Shown one piece after another: positions 8,207-16,664 of a DNA stretch of 54,769 nt (the stretch's first letter is position 1; the number at the start of each line of letters is the position of its first letter). The stretch is from a virus. Its lineage: Duplodnaviria > Caudoviricetes. Made by a program: the position numbers and the translations under genes. The stretch covers positions 1 to 54,769 of IMG/VR virus record IMGVR_UViG_3300048672_000251; one strand, written 5' to 3'. The notes below the pieces were generated by a model that was given only the letters and a program-made list of their open reading frames with translations, searched no databases and had not been told where the DNA came from.

Positions 8207-10036
8207 TTACACAGCCTCCACAGGGCCGAGCGTGTTTGCTCTGGCGCGTCCGTAAATATCGTAGTTAGACAGCCGGCTGTAACTACCAGCGCTATTCAGT
8301 GGTGACGTCAGCTGCACATCTGGCAAGCTGTCGTACAGCGACATTTTCAGCGCAGTGTTCAGTATGCTGTTTGTCCATCCCGCTGGTAGTGAATTCGAAT
8401 TTGCAGGGTCAAGACTGATAAACGCATTTTTATCAGAGTTTGTCGGCACAGCAGTATTAGTGCCTGCAAAGCGAAAAACAGCAAAATTGCCGTCCGATAC
8501 AATGACGTTTCGAGTTATTCGGTAATCAGCGATACTGCTACGATAATCGATATACGCAGCCGCTGCAGGGCTGTAGATGCGCGAAGATGCGTCAGAGTAT
8601 TTGTAAATCAGATTGTCTTCGATGCGGCATTCAGCAGGCAGCCAGCCGATGCCAAGATACATTGCTTCCGCACTTGTACCGTTCGCAACTTCAGCAACCG
8701 GCCCTTTGCCGCACTCAATTAAAACGTTGTTGTAAATGTGTAACCCGGCGGTCCACGCGTTAGCAGAGTGGCAGCTAATACCCGCACCTTTCTGTCTGAC
8801 GATCACATTATCATGGATTTTTGCCGTGCCAATTAACGTGCTGCTGTCGCCGTATTGGTCTGCTTGATCGTAGATGTGGATCCCAAATTTTGCCTTACAG
8901 TCGCGTAAGTGCATGAATGCAATCTCTGGCGCATTGACAGTCACGAGTGCGCGGGCTGACAGATACATTGTATGCTGATAATGGCTTGTGCCATCGCAGC
9001 CGACATTGTGGATATTGCAGCCAAAATATTTAGTCCCGTCCATGCCGTAATAGTTAGACATAATAGCGGCAGACTGGCCCGTGGTGCATGTATTCGGGTT
9101 ATCTGTTAGCTCTATACCGACAAAGCGACCCTCTTGGCACGAAACCAAGTGCGTACAGCCCACACCCGGTACAAGCTCCCCCGGTGGGGCCGGGGGCTGG
9201 TTGCCCGTCATTACTTTAAATTTGCTGACGCCAACAGCGCGGCTGTTATAGATGTGGACGCCGAATTCGTATCCGTGCACTTCGGGACGAGTGCCGGGAT
9301 ATGCACAAATCATAATTTGCTGTGACAGTGTTCCAGCTGCCCCGCGAATATACATAGCATCGCGCGCGGTAGGTGTTTCAGGAACTTCAATCACGCCACG
9401 GCTATAAACTGTATCACCAGCTTGCAGGTAGTTGCCCATACCAAGACTAGATGGGTTGCCGCCGCCGTTAATATAAAGTTTCGGTGCTGCAAATGAAGTG
9501 CCGGCGTTTGAGTTGTTACCAGTCGGAGCCACCCATAAAATGCGACCAGTGCGCACTGTAAAAGGCATATTATTGAGACTGTACCCGTCATATACAGTCG
9601 CTGCCCAGCCAGCTTTTCTAATGCGGATTGACCCGAGGCCGTCAGCGCTGCCGGCAGGAACACTGAAAGCAACTTCGTACATTAGATGACTTGTCCACAA
9701 GTCAGCCGGACCGCCCGGCAATGTACCGTCGGCTTTTTTCCAGTAATAGACATGCGCAGCAGGTCGCTCAACACCTAGCGAATCCGTATACCAGACTGTG
9801 CCGGTTGCCTCGCCGAAACCCTGCCCCCAAACAGTCACGATAACGCCTGAGCCAAGCCCGTCACCCAAGCCCGTTGCAGGACCGCTGATTAAATCCGTAA
9901 ACCGCAAAACAGGTTGAGGAATGGCACCGGGACGCACACCGTTAATCCGGTCAACGCGGGTTTGCAGCGCTGGCGGAATGTTAGACGGCACTACCGGCGT
10001 GGATAACGCTGAAAGCGAAATGTCAGTTACTGGCAT
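8207..10036 (-). CDS. Right-handed beta-helix protein (putative depolymerase or adhesin) with N-terminal IPT-like domain
   Basis: VTVWGQGFG, ILWVAPTGNNSNAGT, LQAGDTVY and repeated I.DNVI / IYNNVL / IEDNLI / ITRNVI rungs; ATG 10036 after AGGA. Confidence 0.75.
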   Translation of the reverse strand: MPVTDISLSALSTPVVPSNIPPALQTRVDRINGVRPGAIPQPVLRFTDLISGPATGLGDGLGSGVIVTVWGQGFGEATGTVWYTDSLGVERPAAHVYYWKKADGTLPGGPADLWTSHLMYEVAFSVPAGSADGLGSIRIRKAGWAATVYDGYSLNNMPFTVRTGRILWVAPTGNNSNAGTSFAAPKLYINGGGNPSSLGMGNYLQAGDTVYSRGVIEVPETPTARDAMYIRGAAGTLSQQIMICAYPGTRPEVHGYEFGVHIYNSRAVGVSKFKVMTGNQPPAPPGELVPGVGCTHLVSCQEGRFVGIELTDNPNTCTTGQSAAIMSNYYGMDGTKYFGCNIHNVGCDGTSHYQHTMYLSARALVTVNAPEIAFMHLRDCKAKFGIHIYDQADQYGDSSTLIGTAKIHDNVIVRQKGAGISCHSANAWTAGLHIYNNVLIECGKGPVAEVANGTSAEAMYLGIGWLPAECRIEDNLIYKYSDASSRIYSPAAAAYIDYRSSIADYRITRNVIVSDGNFAVFRFAGTNTAVPTNSDKNAFISLDPANSNSLPAGWTNSILNTALKMSLYDSLPDVQLTSPLNSAGSYSRLSNYDIYGRARANTLGPVEAV

Positions 10037-10046
10037 ACGGGCGATC

Positions 10047-10544
10047 CTATTTATCAATCACTTTTCGGATTATATCATACTCCGCCCGGCAAGCCATCAG
10101 CGCTTCTCGGTGCTCGTCAGCATATCCAGCCAGATTTGTTGCTCTTTGCTCAGCGCGTCCGAACAGCTCGGCGAGCACCAAGGCATCTGTGGCGGCATTT
10201 GCGCGTGCGGCGACAGTGCTGGTATCACCGGCTTGTAACAGACGTTTGCGGGCTTCAATGGCGTCGCGCAGCTCGGTAGACAGCTCAGTATTACGCCGCT
10301 CAGCAGCAGCAAGCGCGTTACGCCGCTTTTCAGATTCATCATATGATTGCTCCAGTTCAGTTAATAACGTCCGTTGCTGGCGCGCAGCGGATTCAGCAGC
10401 TACCGCCCGCGCAGTGGCGTCGGCAGTGTCCCGCTCAGCCCAACGCTGTGACCAGTCTCTGTCTGACCACTCATGGCCGCCCCAAGCGCTAATAATTATA
10501 AGTGTAATTAATATTAGCGGTAATCGTAAGATTTCATTGACCAT
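10047..10544 (-). CDS. Rz: i-spanin
   Basis: N-terminal TM helix, long Ala/Arg coiled coil, C-terminal AC..EY; located in the lysis cassette. Confidence 0.85.
   Translation of the reverse strand: MVNEILRLPLILITLIIISAWGGHEWSDRDWSQRWAERDTADATARAVAAESAARQQRTLLTELEQSYDESEKRRNALAAAERRNTELSTELRDAIEARKRLLQAGDTSTVAARANAATDALVLAELFGRAEQRATNLAGYADEHREALMACRAEYDIIRKVIDK
10097..10342 (-). CDS. Rz1: Embedded o-spanin lipoprotein
   Basis: Out-of-frame ORF inside Rz with signal peptide, lipobox LPSC and a Pro-rich mature part. Confidence 0.85.
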   Translation of the reverse strand: MMNLKSGVTRLLLLSGVILSCLPSCATPLKPANVCYKPVIPALSPHAQMPPQMPWCSPSCSDALSKEQQIWLDMLTSTEKR

Positions 10545-10548
10545 TGTG

Positions 10549-10577
10549 TTGCCGTAGTAATTATTTTGCTTTATTAT
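10549..10577 (+). promoter_or_regulatory. Sigma70-like promoter for the HNH gene
   Basis: TTGCCG-17-TATTAT. Confidence 0.55.
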
Positions 10578-10584
10578 AAACCAA

Positions 10585-10708
10585 TCGCAAGGGTGTAGGA
10601 ACCCAAATGATTGCAGGCCAAAAGCTCAAGACAGGTAGCAATATTTTTAAACCCGCAATAGGTGACTTGCTACAGTCCATTCCTAACTATTGCGGGTTTA
10701 ACTTTTTA
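10585..10708 (+). promoter_or_regulatory. Structured leader or attenuator upstream of the HNH gene
   Basis: 14-bp perfect inverted repeat (10648-10661 / 10687-10700) with a T-run; upstream TAGGAA and GTAGCAA are complementary to TTCCTA and TTGCTAC in its loop. Confidence 0.55.
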
Positions 10709-10721
10709 GAAGGTTTATAAA

Positions 10722-11303
10722 ATGGGTAGAAAAAAGAGTAAGGTCTACGGGGTTGGTACAAACGATGCGGACTATTGTGTGGTAACTCGAATAAATGGTA
10801 AACAGGTGTGGTGTAAGTTTTACATGACTTGGGTCTGCATGATCGGTAGATGTTATTCAAAGACTATGCTTAAGAAGCATCCGTCATACATCGGATGCTC
10901 CGTACACCATGATTGGTTAGTGTTCAGTAATTTTAAGCGTTGGATGCAAGCTCAAGATTGGCAAGGTAGGCATTTAGATAAAGATATAATTGTTCATGGG
11001 AACAAAATTTACTCAAAGGAAACGTGCGCTTTTGTCAGCCCAGAATTAAACACTTTTGTTTTACAAAGAGACGCATCTAGGGGAGAGTTCCCTATTGGCG
11101 TTTGTTTTGATTCAAGACGAAACGTGTTTAGGGCACAGTGCCGCAACCCTTTCACATATAAAAATGAAAATTTAGGCGCTTATAAAACACCAGAAGATGC
11201 CCACGAAGCGTGGAGGCGCAGAAAGCATCAGTTAGCTTGTGAGTTAGCTGATTACCAGCAAGACGTCCGTGTCGCAAATGCACTGCGGATCAGGTACGCT
11301 TAG
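10722..11303 (+). mobile_element. Free-standing HNH homing endonuclease with AP2-like C-terminal domain, antisense inside the lysis cassette
   Basis: VYGVGTND, W..MIGRCY, YIGCSV..DWLVFSNFKRW, HLDKDII.GNKIYS..TCAFV...LN, FPIGV, NLG.Y.TPEDAH.AW; lower GC than the flanks. Confidence 0.9.
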
Positions 11304-11869
11304 AGACCGCTAATAATATAACGCCGATAAGTTGCCCGTATCCTCTTAACATAATTAACGGTTTCAATCGAGTGTCTCCCAGTGACTTGTGGCAGTACAG
11401 CAGCGACTGGCTCCCAACCGAGCGGGTCGCCTGCTAACCGCTGAGCTCTAATTATATTACCCGCACCAGCATTATACGCCGCACAGGCGAGATTGTGGCG
11501 ATCAATTTCTGGTCGTGGTGCTTTAAACACTGCCCGCTGGCGTGCCATATAGTAAGCGCCGGTGTTTAGATTCGTCCACGGGTCGAATGGGTCACCACTG
11601 ATACCTGACGCCCGTGCTATGTCCCTGAACGTCGCCGGCATGACCTGCGCGAGACCCATAGCCCCTACCGGTGATCTGGCAGTTGGGCGCATGGCGGATT
11701 CAGTTTCTATCTGCGCCCGCCACAACCGCCAATCAACGGTCGGCATCCATGTGGCGGCGCTACGTTCGATCAGTTCGTCGTATTTACCAGGCGCTGCTGA
11801 TAACGAGTGCGGCGCCAATAAAGTGGCCAACAACGAGCAGGCTAAAAGCCATCGGGTTATTCTCCACAC
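11300..11869 (-). CDS. Endolysin, SLT-type lytic transglycosylase with an N-terminal signal peptide or SAR
   Basis: QIETES, SPVGAMGLAQVMPAT, AAYNAGAG, ETVNYV. Likely GTG start at 11869 (SD AGGCGG); 11899 is the alternative. Confidence 0.9.
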   Translation of the reverse strand: MWRITRWLLACSLLATLLAPHSLSAAPGKYDELIERSAATWMPTVDWRLWRAQIETESAMRPTARSPVGAMGLAQVMPATFRDIARASGISGDPFDPWTNLNTGAYYMARQRAVFKAPRPEIDRHNLACAAYNAGAGNIIRAQRLAGDPLGWEPVAAVLPQVTGRHSIETVNYVKRIRATYRRYIISGL

Positions 11870-12011
11870 GATCCACCGCCTTTTTAATGTCAATTCCACA
11901 CAGCCAAGCGCCTGCTGCGGCGCATCCGGCTAAAATACCGATAGCTGTCACTGCTGCCAGCATTTTAAGCGCAAACGATACCGTCAGCAGCATTAATTCT
12001 TCTGTGGTCAT
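11784..12011 (-). CDS. Putative holin (2 TM)
   Basis: 75 aa, two hydrophobic segments, AAGGAG RBS, upstream of and overlapping the endolysin. Confidence 0.7.
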   Translation of the reverse strand: MTTEELMLLTVSFALKMLAAVTAIGILAGCAAAGAWLCGIDIKKAVDRVENNPMAFSLLVVGHFIGAALVISSAW

Positions 12012-12012
12012 A

Positions 12013-13773
12013 TTAACTCCTTGCCGTCCAAGTACCGGGGCTGCCCGCAGTGGTGCACTCCCAATAGTCAATTCCGCCGCCACCAGTCACGTTATAAACG
12101 CGAGAACCTACTGCACCTGTGCCGGTGCTTGGCGCCGCGTTACCGTAAGAGTATACAACACGGGCGTCAATCGCAGTAGGGTGCTGATAGCACGCTGGTA
12201 AACCGCCGGTCACGTTGGCCACTCTGCCAGACAGGTATTCATTGCGGCCGACGATTGTACCGAAGTGGCTGGCACGTAACGACACTGCAAACGAGCTTGA
12301 CGATGACTGGATTTTGTTATCATAGAATCGGTTGCCTACGCCAGAAAACGTACCTTGCTCGACGTATGTTACACCCTGTGAAAATCCGGTGCCGTCAAAG
12401 AAAGTGCCGTCAAACTCACAGTAACTGCTGGTGCCGTACATACCGATAAGCCCCGTACCGTTTGGATCGGTAGTGCTGCGCCCTTTGATGTAGCTGCGGC
12501 CAGTGATGGAGCAGTTATTGCTGTTAATGAACTGGAAGTATTCCACATCTGACTTGTCGTAAAGCGGGTTGATTGTGTGATCAATGTACCGCACGTTGCT
12601 GCACGACTCTAAACGGTTGCCGCGGTAATATGACGCAGACGTACCGCCCGACCAGTCCCGGTTATTGCGTAACGTAACGTCATTAGCTTGAAACGCTTCA
12701 AGAAACAAACCGTACTGGTTACTGTTTGCAATCAGACCACTGTTGCTGTAAGTGTTGTTCTCAATGACCACACCGCGAGTATTCGGGCTGGTGAGTGATA
12801 TGCACGCGGCACCGGCAAACGTGTTGTCAGAGATGTTGATGTGGTAAATAAATTCGCCACTGAGCAATGCGCCGGCTGATGTGGCCGCAAAGCAACCTGA
12901 CAGACCTGCCGACACCGAATTGCGGCGTACAGTAGTCCTGATGCAGTTTTGTGGTACGTTGTTATTGGGTTCCAGCAGAATAGCAGTCGTATAGCCGGTG
13001 TACTTCTCGCAGTAGTTATCTTCAAACACTAACCCGATATGGTGAACGGATGACAGACAGCCACGGAAGGGGTTTCGCAAATCACAGTTGCGTACAGCGA
13101 TGTTACGGTTTGGTGTATGTGACGGATCGCCAAGATAGCCGCCCGACGTTACCCATACGCAGTCGCCCCACACATTGACAATCTCGCAGTTGTCGATAAT
13201 CACATCCTCAGACTGACAGATACTGATGCCGTGACCATCTTCGCCGCGCCCGTTGGTCTGACTATTTGACCAGTACGATGTGTTAATACCCGGTGTTTGC
13301 GGGTTTGCAGGGTTATAACCGCCACGAATGCGCAGCCCGTCTATAGTAATATTCTTGCAGTTCAATATCACTAAAATATGCTGGTCGATGCCGGGGTTTA
13401 TATAACCTGTATATGGATTGTTCGGCTGCCCAGGGTACATACCGTCCGTTTGGTTGCGTAACAACCGCGCACCGTTACCATAAACCATAACGTCCTGTTG
13501 GGCGCTCATGGTGAAGCGGGACGTAACAAGATATGTCGCACCGGGGCGCAGCATTTTAGTTTTAGCCGTTGCGTTCCAGAATGAAGTCATGGCCGTTGTG
13601 TCATTCGTCGTACCGTCACCTACAGCACCAAACATTTCAGGTGTGACGTAGTACGCCTCGCCGTTGTACGACAACGGATGCCAGCGGTTATCAGCCCGCC
13701 ACTGCCACGTGCGACCGCCGACCGTATAGACCGCACCGACCGTAGGGCTGCTTGGAAAATTGGGTAGTGCCAT
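12013..13773 (-). CDS. Tailspike with pectate-lyase-like beta-helix (depolymerase)
   Basis: VTPEMFGAVGDGTTNDTTA entry motif, beta-helix rungs, C-terminal AP.TGT..VG..VYN...W.CTTAG.PGTW. Confidence 0.88.
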   Translation of the reverse strand: MALPNFPSSPTVGAVYTVGGRTWQWRADNRWHPLSYNGEAYYVTPEMFGAVGDGTTNDTTAMTSFWNATAKTKMLRPGATYLVTSRFTMSAQQDVMVYGNGARLLRNQTDGMYPGQPNNPYTGYINPGIDQHILVILNCKNITIDGLRIRGGYNPANPQTPGINTSYWSNSQTNGRGEDGHGISICQSEDVIIDNCEIVNVWGDCVWVTSGGYLGDPSHTPNRNIAVRNCDLRNPFRGCLSSVHHIGLVFEDNYCEKYTGYTTAILLEPNNNVPQNCIRTTVRRNSVSAGLSGCFAATSAGALLSGEFIYHINISDNTFAGAACISLTSPNTRGVVIENNTYSNSGLIANSNQYGLFLEAFQANDVTLRNNRDWSGGTSASYYRGNRLESCSNVRYIDHTINPLYDKSDVEYFQFINSNNCSITGRSYIKGRSTTDPNGTGLIGMYGTSSYCEFDGTFFDGTGFSQGVTYVEQGTFSGVGNRFYDNKIQSSSSSFAVSLRASHFGTIVGRNEYLSGRVANVTGGLPACYQHPTAIDARVVYSYGNAAPSTGTGAVGSRVYNVTGGGGIDYWECTTAGSPGTWTARS

Positions 13774-14987
13774 TAGTATACTCCGATTGCAAATACTGAT
13801 GCGTTGATGGCTGATGTCGTACCGGGCGCACCCTGTCTAAACGTTGCGGCTGATGTGCTTGGTGCACCAGTGGCCCCGTTGATGATACTCGACAAGTTAC
13901 CACCGACTGGAAAGCCCATAACCGAGACATCACCTGAAAAAGTTTGTGGAAATGTCCACGTCGTATCACTGGCACTGTAGTAGAAATTCGTAGTGCCGAA
14001 CTGTGTAGCAGCTCCCGCCACTGATATAGTGTGCCAGCAAATCTGGATGCCGCTTGTATCACCAGTACCAATCCGCAGCCACGCCCCGTTAGCATTACTG
14101 CCGCTGGTTATTTTAAGAGCGGTTAGCGCCGCAATGACGCCAGAGGATGCAAGAAAGTTTAAAGCAAATGCGGTCACTGTGGCCAATGAGGCCGTCGACG
14201 TCCCTGTAAAATACGGGAAAGTATTCGCCGTCGTACTAAGCCCCATCATTGCGCGGGTGCTGGCAGTTGTTAAAAACTGCGTGGCGCCGGCTGCAGTAAA
14301 CACCGGTACGTTATTATTTTCAGCAGTGATTGTCTGCAGCCGCGTTAATGTATCACCAAGCGTCCCGCTGCCGCCGCCAGACGAGCTAAACGTCAGGTAA
14401 GTACCGTTGTCGGTAATGGTCATGCCGGGGCCGGCAAATACTCGTTTAAACGGTTGGGTTGTGGACGTCTTGGTATTTACTAAACCGATACCCGTAGCAC
14501 CGTCGTTAACCGGTGTCAGTGTTTCCACAATCACGCTATTGCCGGACTCAGTGATGGTTACGTTATTAGCTGCACCGGCTTTAATGCGGCGGATCGGATA
14601 GTTAGACGATATCAGACCAAGCACTAACCCAGCGCCGTCTGTAGTGCCGCCAGCATTGCTTAACGTGATCGTACTACCGCCGCCAGAGCCTCCAACGAAG
14701 TTAAGCGACCCACTACCGGCCAGCAACGGAAACGCTAAATACTGCGTTGAGTCCGTATCCTGATATGAAAAAACAAGCTCGGATGCTTCAGCGTCAAAAT
14801 ACGTAACACCAGGAACTAGTGTTGTGGGCAGAGTATTGCTGTAAATAATCCCGCCACCAGTACCGCCCGCGCCGCTCTGCGCCACGAATTCACCGCGGCC
14901 GGCTGTGATTCGATACTGGAATGTCACACCGTTTACGACATACGTACCGCCGTTGACTGGTGATGATGGAAAATTCGGTAATGCCAT
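13773..14987 (-). CDS. Tail fibre with gp53-like C-terminal domain
   Basis: ANTFPYFTG..TASLA repeat; SGSNANGAW...GIQICW...WTFPQTF...AIG C-terminus. Confidence 0.8.
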   Translation of the reverse strand: MALPNFPSSPVNGGTYVVNGVTFQYRITAGRGEFVAQSGAGGTGGGIIYSNTLPTTLVPGVTYFDAEASELVFSYQDTDSTQYLAFPLLAGSGSLNFVGGSGGGSTITLSNAGGTTDGAGLVLGLISSNYPIRRIKAGAANNVTITESGNSVIVETLTPVNDGATGIGLVNTKTSTTQPFKRVFAGPGMTITDNGTYLTFSSSGGGSGTLGDTLTRLQTITAENNNVPVFTAAGATQFLTTASTRAMMGLSTTANTFPYFTGTSTASLATVTAFALNFLASSGVIAALTALKITSGSNANGAWLRIGTGDTSGIQICWHTISVAGAATQFGTTNFYYSASDTTWTFPQTFSGDVSVMGFPVGGNLSSIINGATGAPSTSAATFRQGAPGTTSAINASVFAIGVY

Positions 14988-14997
14988 TTTAGCTCCG

Positions 14998-15708
14998 TTA
15001 GCCTAATCGTTTTAGCGGTTTTGTGACCCACGCGCTACCATTCCAATACTTTAGCGGTTTTGTGACCCACGCGCTACCATTCCAATACTTTAGCGGTTTT
15101 GTAGTCCATACCGGATCATCGGGTACCCACCAGCTATTTGTAGCACCCGTAAAATTGACTAAAGATGCTTGGTTAGTACCAGCCGTTGTTCGTAGTATAT
15201 TACCCAACCCGCCAGATAAGTCGGCAGACCAAGTGCGGTCATTCACAAGTCCCGATATTTCCAGCGATTTTAAATCTATCTCAGGTGCTGTGCCGCTTGA
15301 TGATAGTGCACCGATCCGATTGAGGGCTGACGCACCAACCCATATCAAGCTAGGCGTGGAAAATGTAGACGTGTGTAACAGTACGTCATCTTTTAAAAAC
15401 GTCCACTCACCATCGAATAAGTGATTTATCCGGTAGCTGTGGTATTGGTTCAAATCAACCACAAAGTTTGGAGTAGAGTATCGCAGTACATCACCCTGCC
15501 ACACCTCTAGCGCTCCAGTTGGTGATATGGCGAGACCGTTACGCTGCGTTGTACCACCAGAACCTAAAATGCCCCGAGATACGCTGGGATATGCTCGGAG
15601 CTTTAATGTAGTCAGAAAACTATAAGTCGACTGTCCAACATCGCCAATCAGTCCACTGGCAAACTCGGCGTAGTTATTAGATGCCTGAAATCGTAGATTC
15701 CACCCCAT
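14998..15708 (-). CDS. LamG/concanavalin-like adhesin with C-terminal KPLKYWNGSAW repeats
   Basis: Beta-sandwich pattern; TGATG coupling to the upstream fibre gene; 39-bp repeats. Confidence 0.65.
   Translation of the reverse strand: MGWNLRFQASNNYAEFASGLIGDVGQSTYSFLTTLKLRAYPSVSRGILGSGGTTQRNGLAISPTGALEVWQGDVLRYSTPNFVVDLNQYHSYRINHLFDGEWTFLKDDVLLHTSTFSTPSLIWVGASALNRIGALSSSGTAPEIDLKSLEISGLVNDRTWSADLSGGLGNILRTTAGTNQASLVNFTGATNSWWVPDDPVWTTKPLKYWNGSAWVTKPLKYWNGSAWVTKPLKRLG
15011..15102. repeat. 39-bp perfect tandem repeat (about 2.4 copies)
   Basis: Units 15011-15049 and 15050-15088, partial 15089-15102. Confidence 0.95.
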
Positions 15709-16664
15709 CAGTTAATATCCAGCCAGAGTTTAGTTGTGTCTGTTGGCGCAGTGGTGCTGACCACAATTTCCTTAACATCTGTCAGCATCGACCACGTATC
15801 AGCGCCGGTACGCCGCGGTACGCCATTTGTGGATAATGCAGCGATTGCCGTCAAGTCACCGTCCAGCGGCTGTTTACCGCTAAGCGCTGACGCTAACCCT
15901 GTAATTGCGCTCATAGGGTGCTGGTCGTTTGCGTCACGGTTAGTCAGCAATGCGTGGTCTGTTGTACCGCCCCCACCGCCCCCGGTCGCGCTGATGGTGA
16001 CCGTGGTACTGGTATTACTTAGCGTTACGCCAGAGCCGGCCACCAGCGATTTAAATTGCAGGTCGACGCCTGACTTAGCTGCAAATAGCCCAGTACCTGC
16101 ACCAAGGTTTGAAGCTGTGTTAGCCTCACCACTGCTACTACCACCGCCCCCAAGCGGTTTTGCGAGCGGAAAAGTCACATATTGTGTCGTGTCGCCATCG
16201 TCATAGGAAAACGCCAGCTCGAATGTTTCAGCGTTGAAATACGTGACGCCTTCTACAAATGATGACGGCGGCGGATCGTATACAATGCCGTTACCGCTGC
16301 CACCAGCAGAGTTAACCACCAGCAGCCACTTACCGGCGCCGATGCCGCCAGACGTTGCAGGTGTGCCACCGGCTGTCACAGTTTTAGGTAATGTACCGTC
16401 CCACCGGTATAATTCACCTGTGGCAGCATATCGCAGCGCCTCGCTGCGGCTGGTGATTGTGGCGCCGGTTTCAAAGCTGTCAACAACTGTCCACCCGATC
16501 AAGTCCAGCGCATCGTTAAACTGCTTATCGTAACCGGCAAGGGTGTCAACGGTTTTACCGCTAGGGGTAACGGTGGTGAGTTCGTCGCCGTTGACAATCG
16601 TGTCAACAGTCTCCATGTTTGCAACGAAGCGCTGAATATCTGTATTAATATTGCCGCAACTCAT
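15708..16664 (-). CDS. Tail fibre or adaptor with tailspike N-terminal (TSP1/gp63-like) anchor
   Basis: GWTVVDSFETGATI...YRWDGTLPKTV.AG.TPATSGGIGAGKW anchor; H..L.NRDA.DQHP..AITGL and KQPLD.DLTAIAAL fibre motifs. Confidence 0.82.
   Translation of the reverse strand: MSCGNINTDIQRFVANMETVDTIVNGDELTTVTPSGKTVDTLAGYDKQFNDALDLIGWTVVDSFETGATITSRSEALRYAATGELYRWDGTLPKTVTAGGTPATSGGIGAGKWLLVVNSAGGSGNGIVYDPPPSSFVEGVTYFNAETFELAFSYDDGDTTQYVTFPLAKPLGGGGSSSGEANTASNLGAGTGLFAAKSGVDLQFKSLVAGSGVTLSNTSTTVTISATGGGGGGTTDHALLTNRDANDQHPMSAITGLASALSGKQPLDGDLTAIAALSTNGVPRRTGADTWSMLTDVKEIVVSTTAPTDTTKLWLDIN

Noticed and set aside
12013-16664. Diversity-generating retroelement or invertase-based tail-fibre switching
   Set aside because: No reverse transcriptase or recombinase, no TR/VR pair with adenine-specific differences, and no inverted crossover sites seen.
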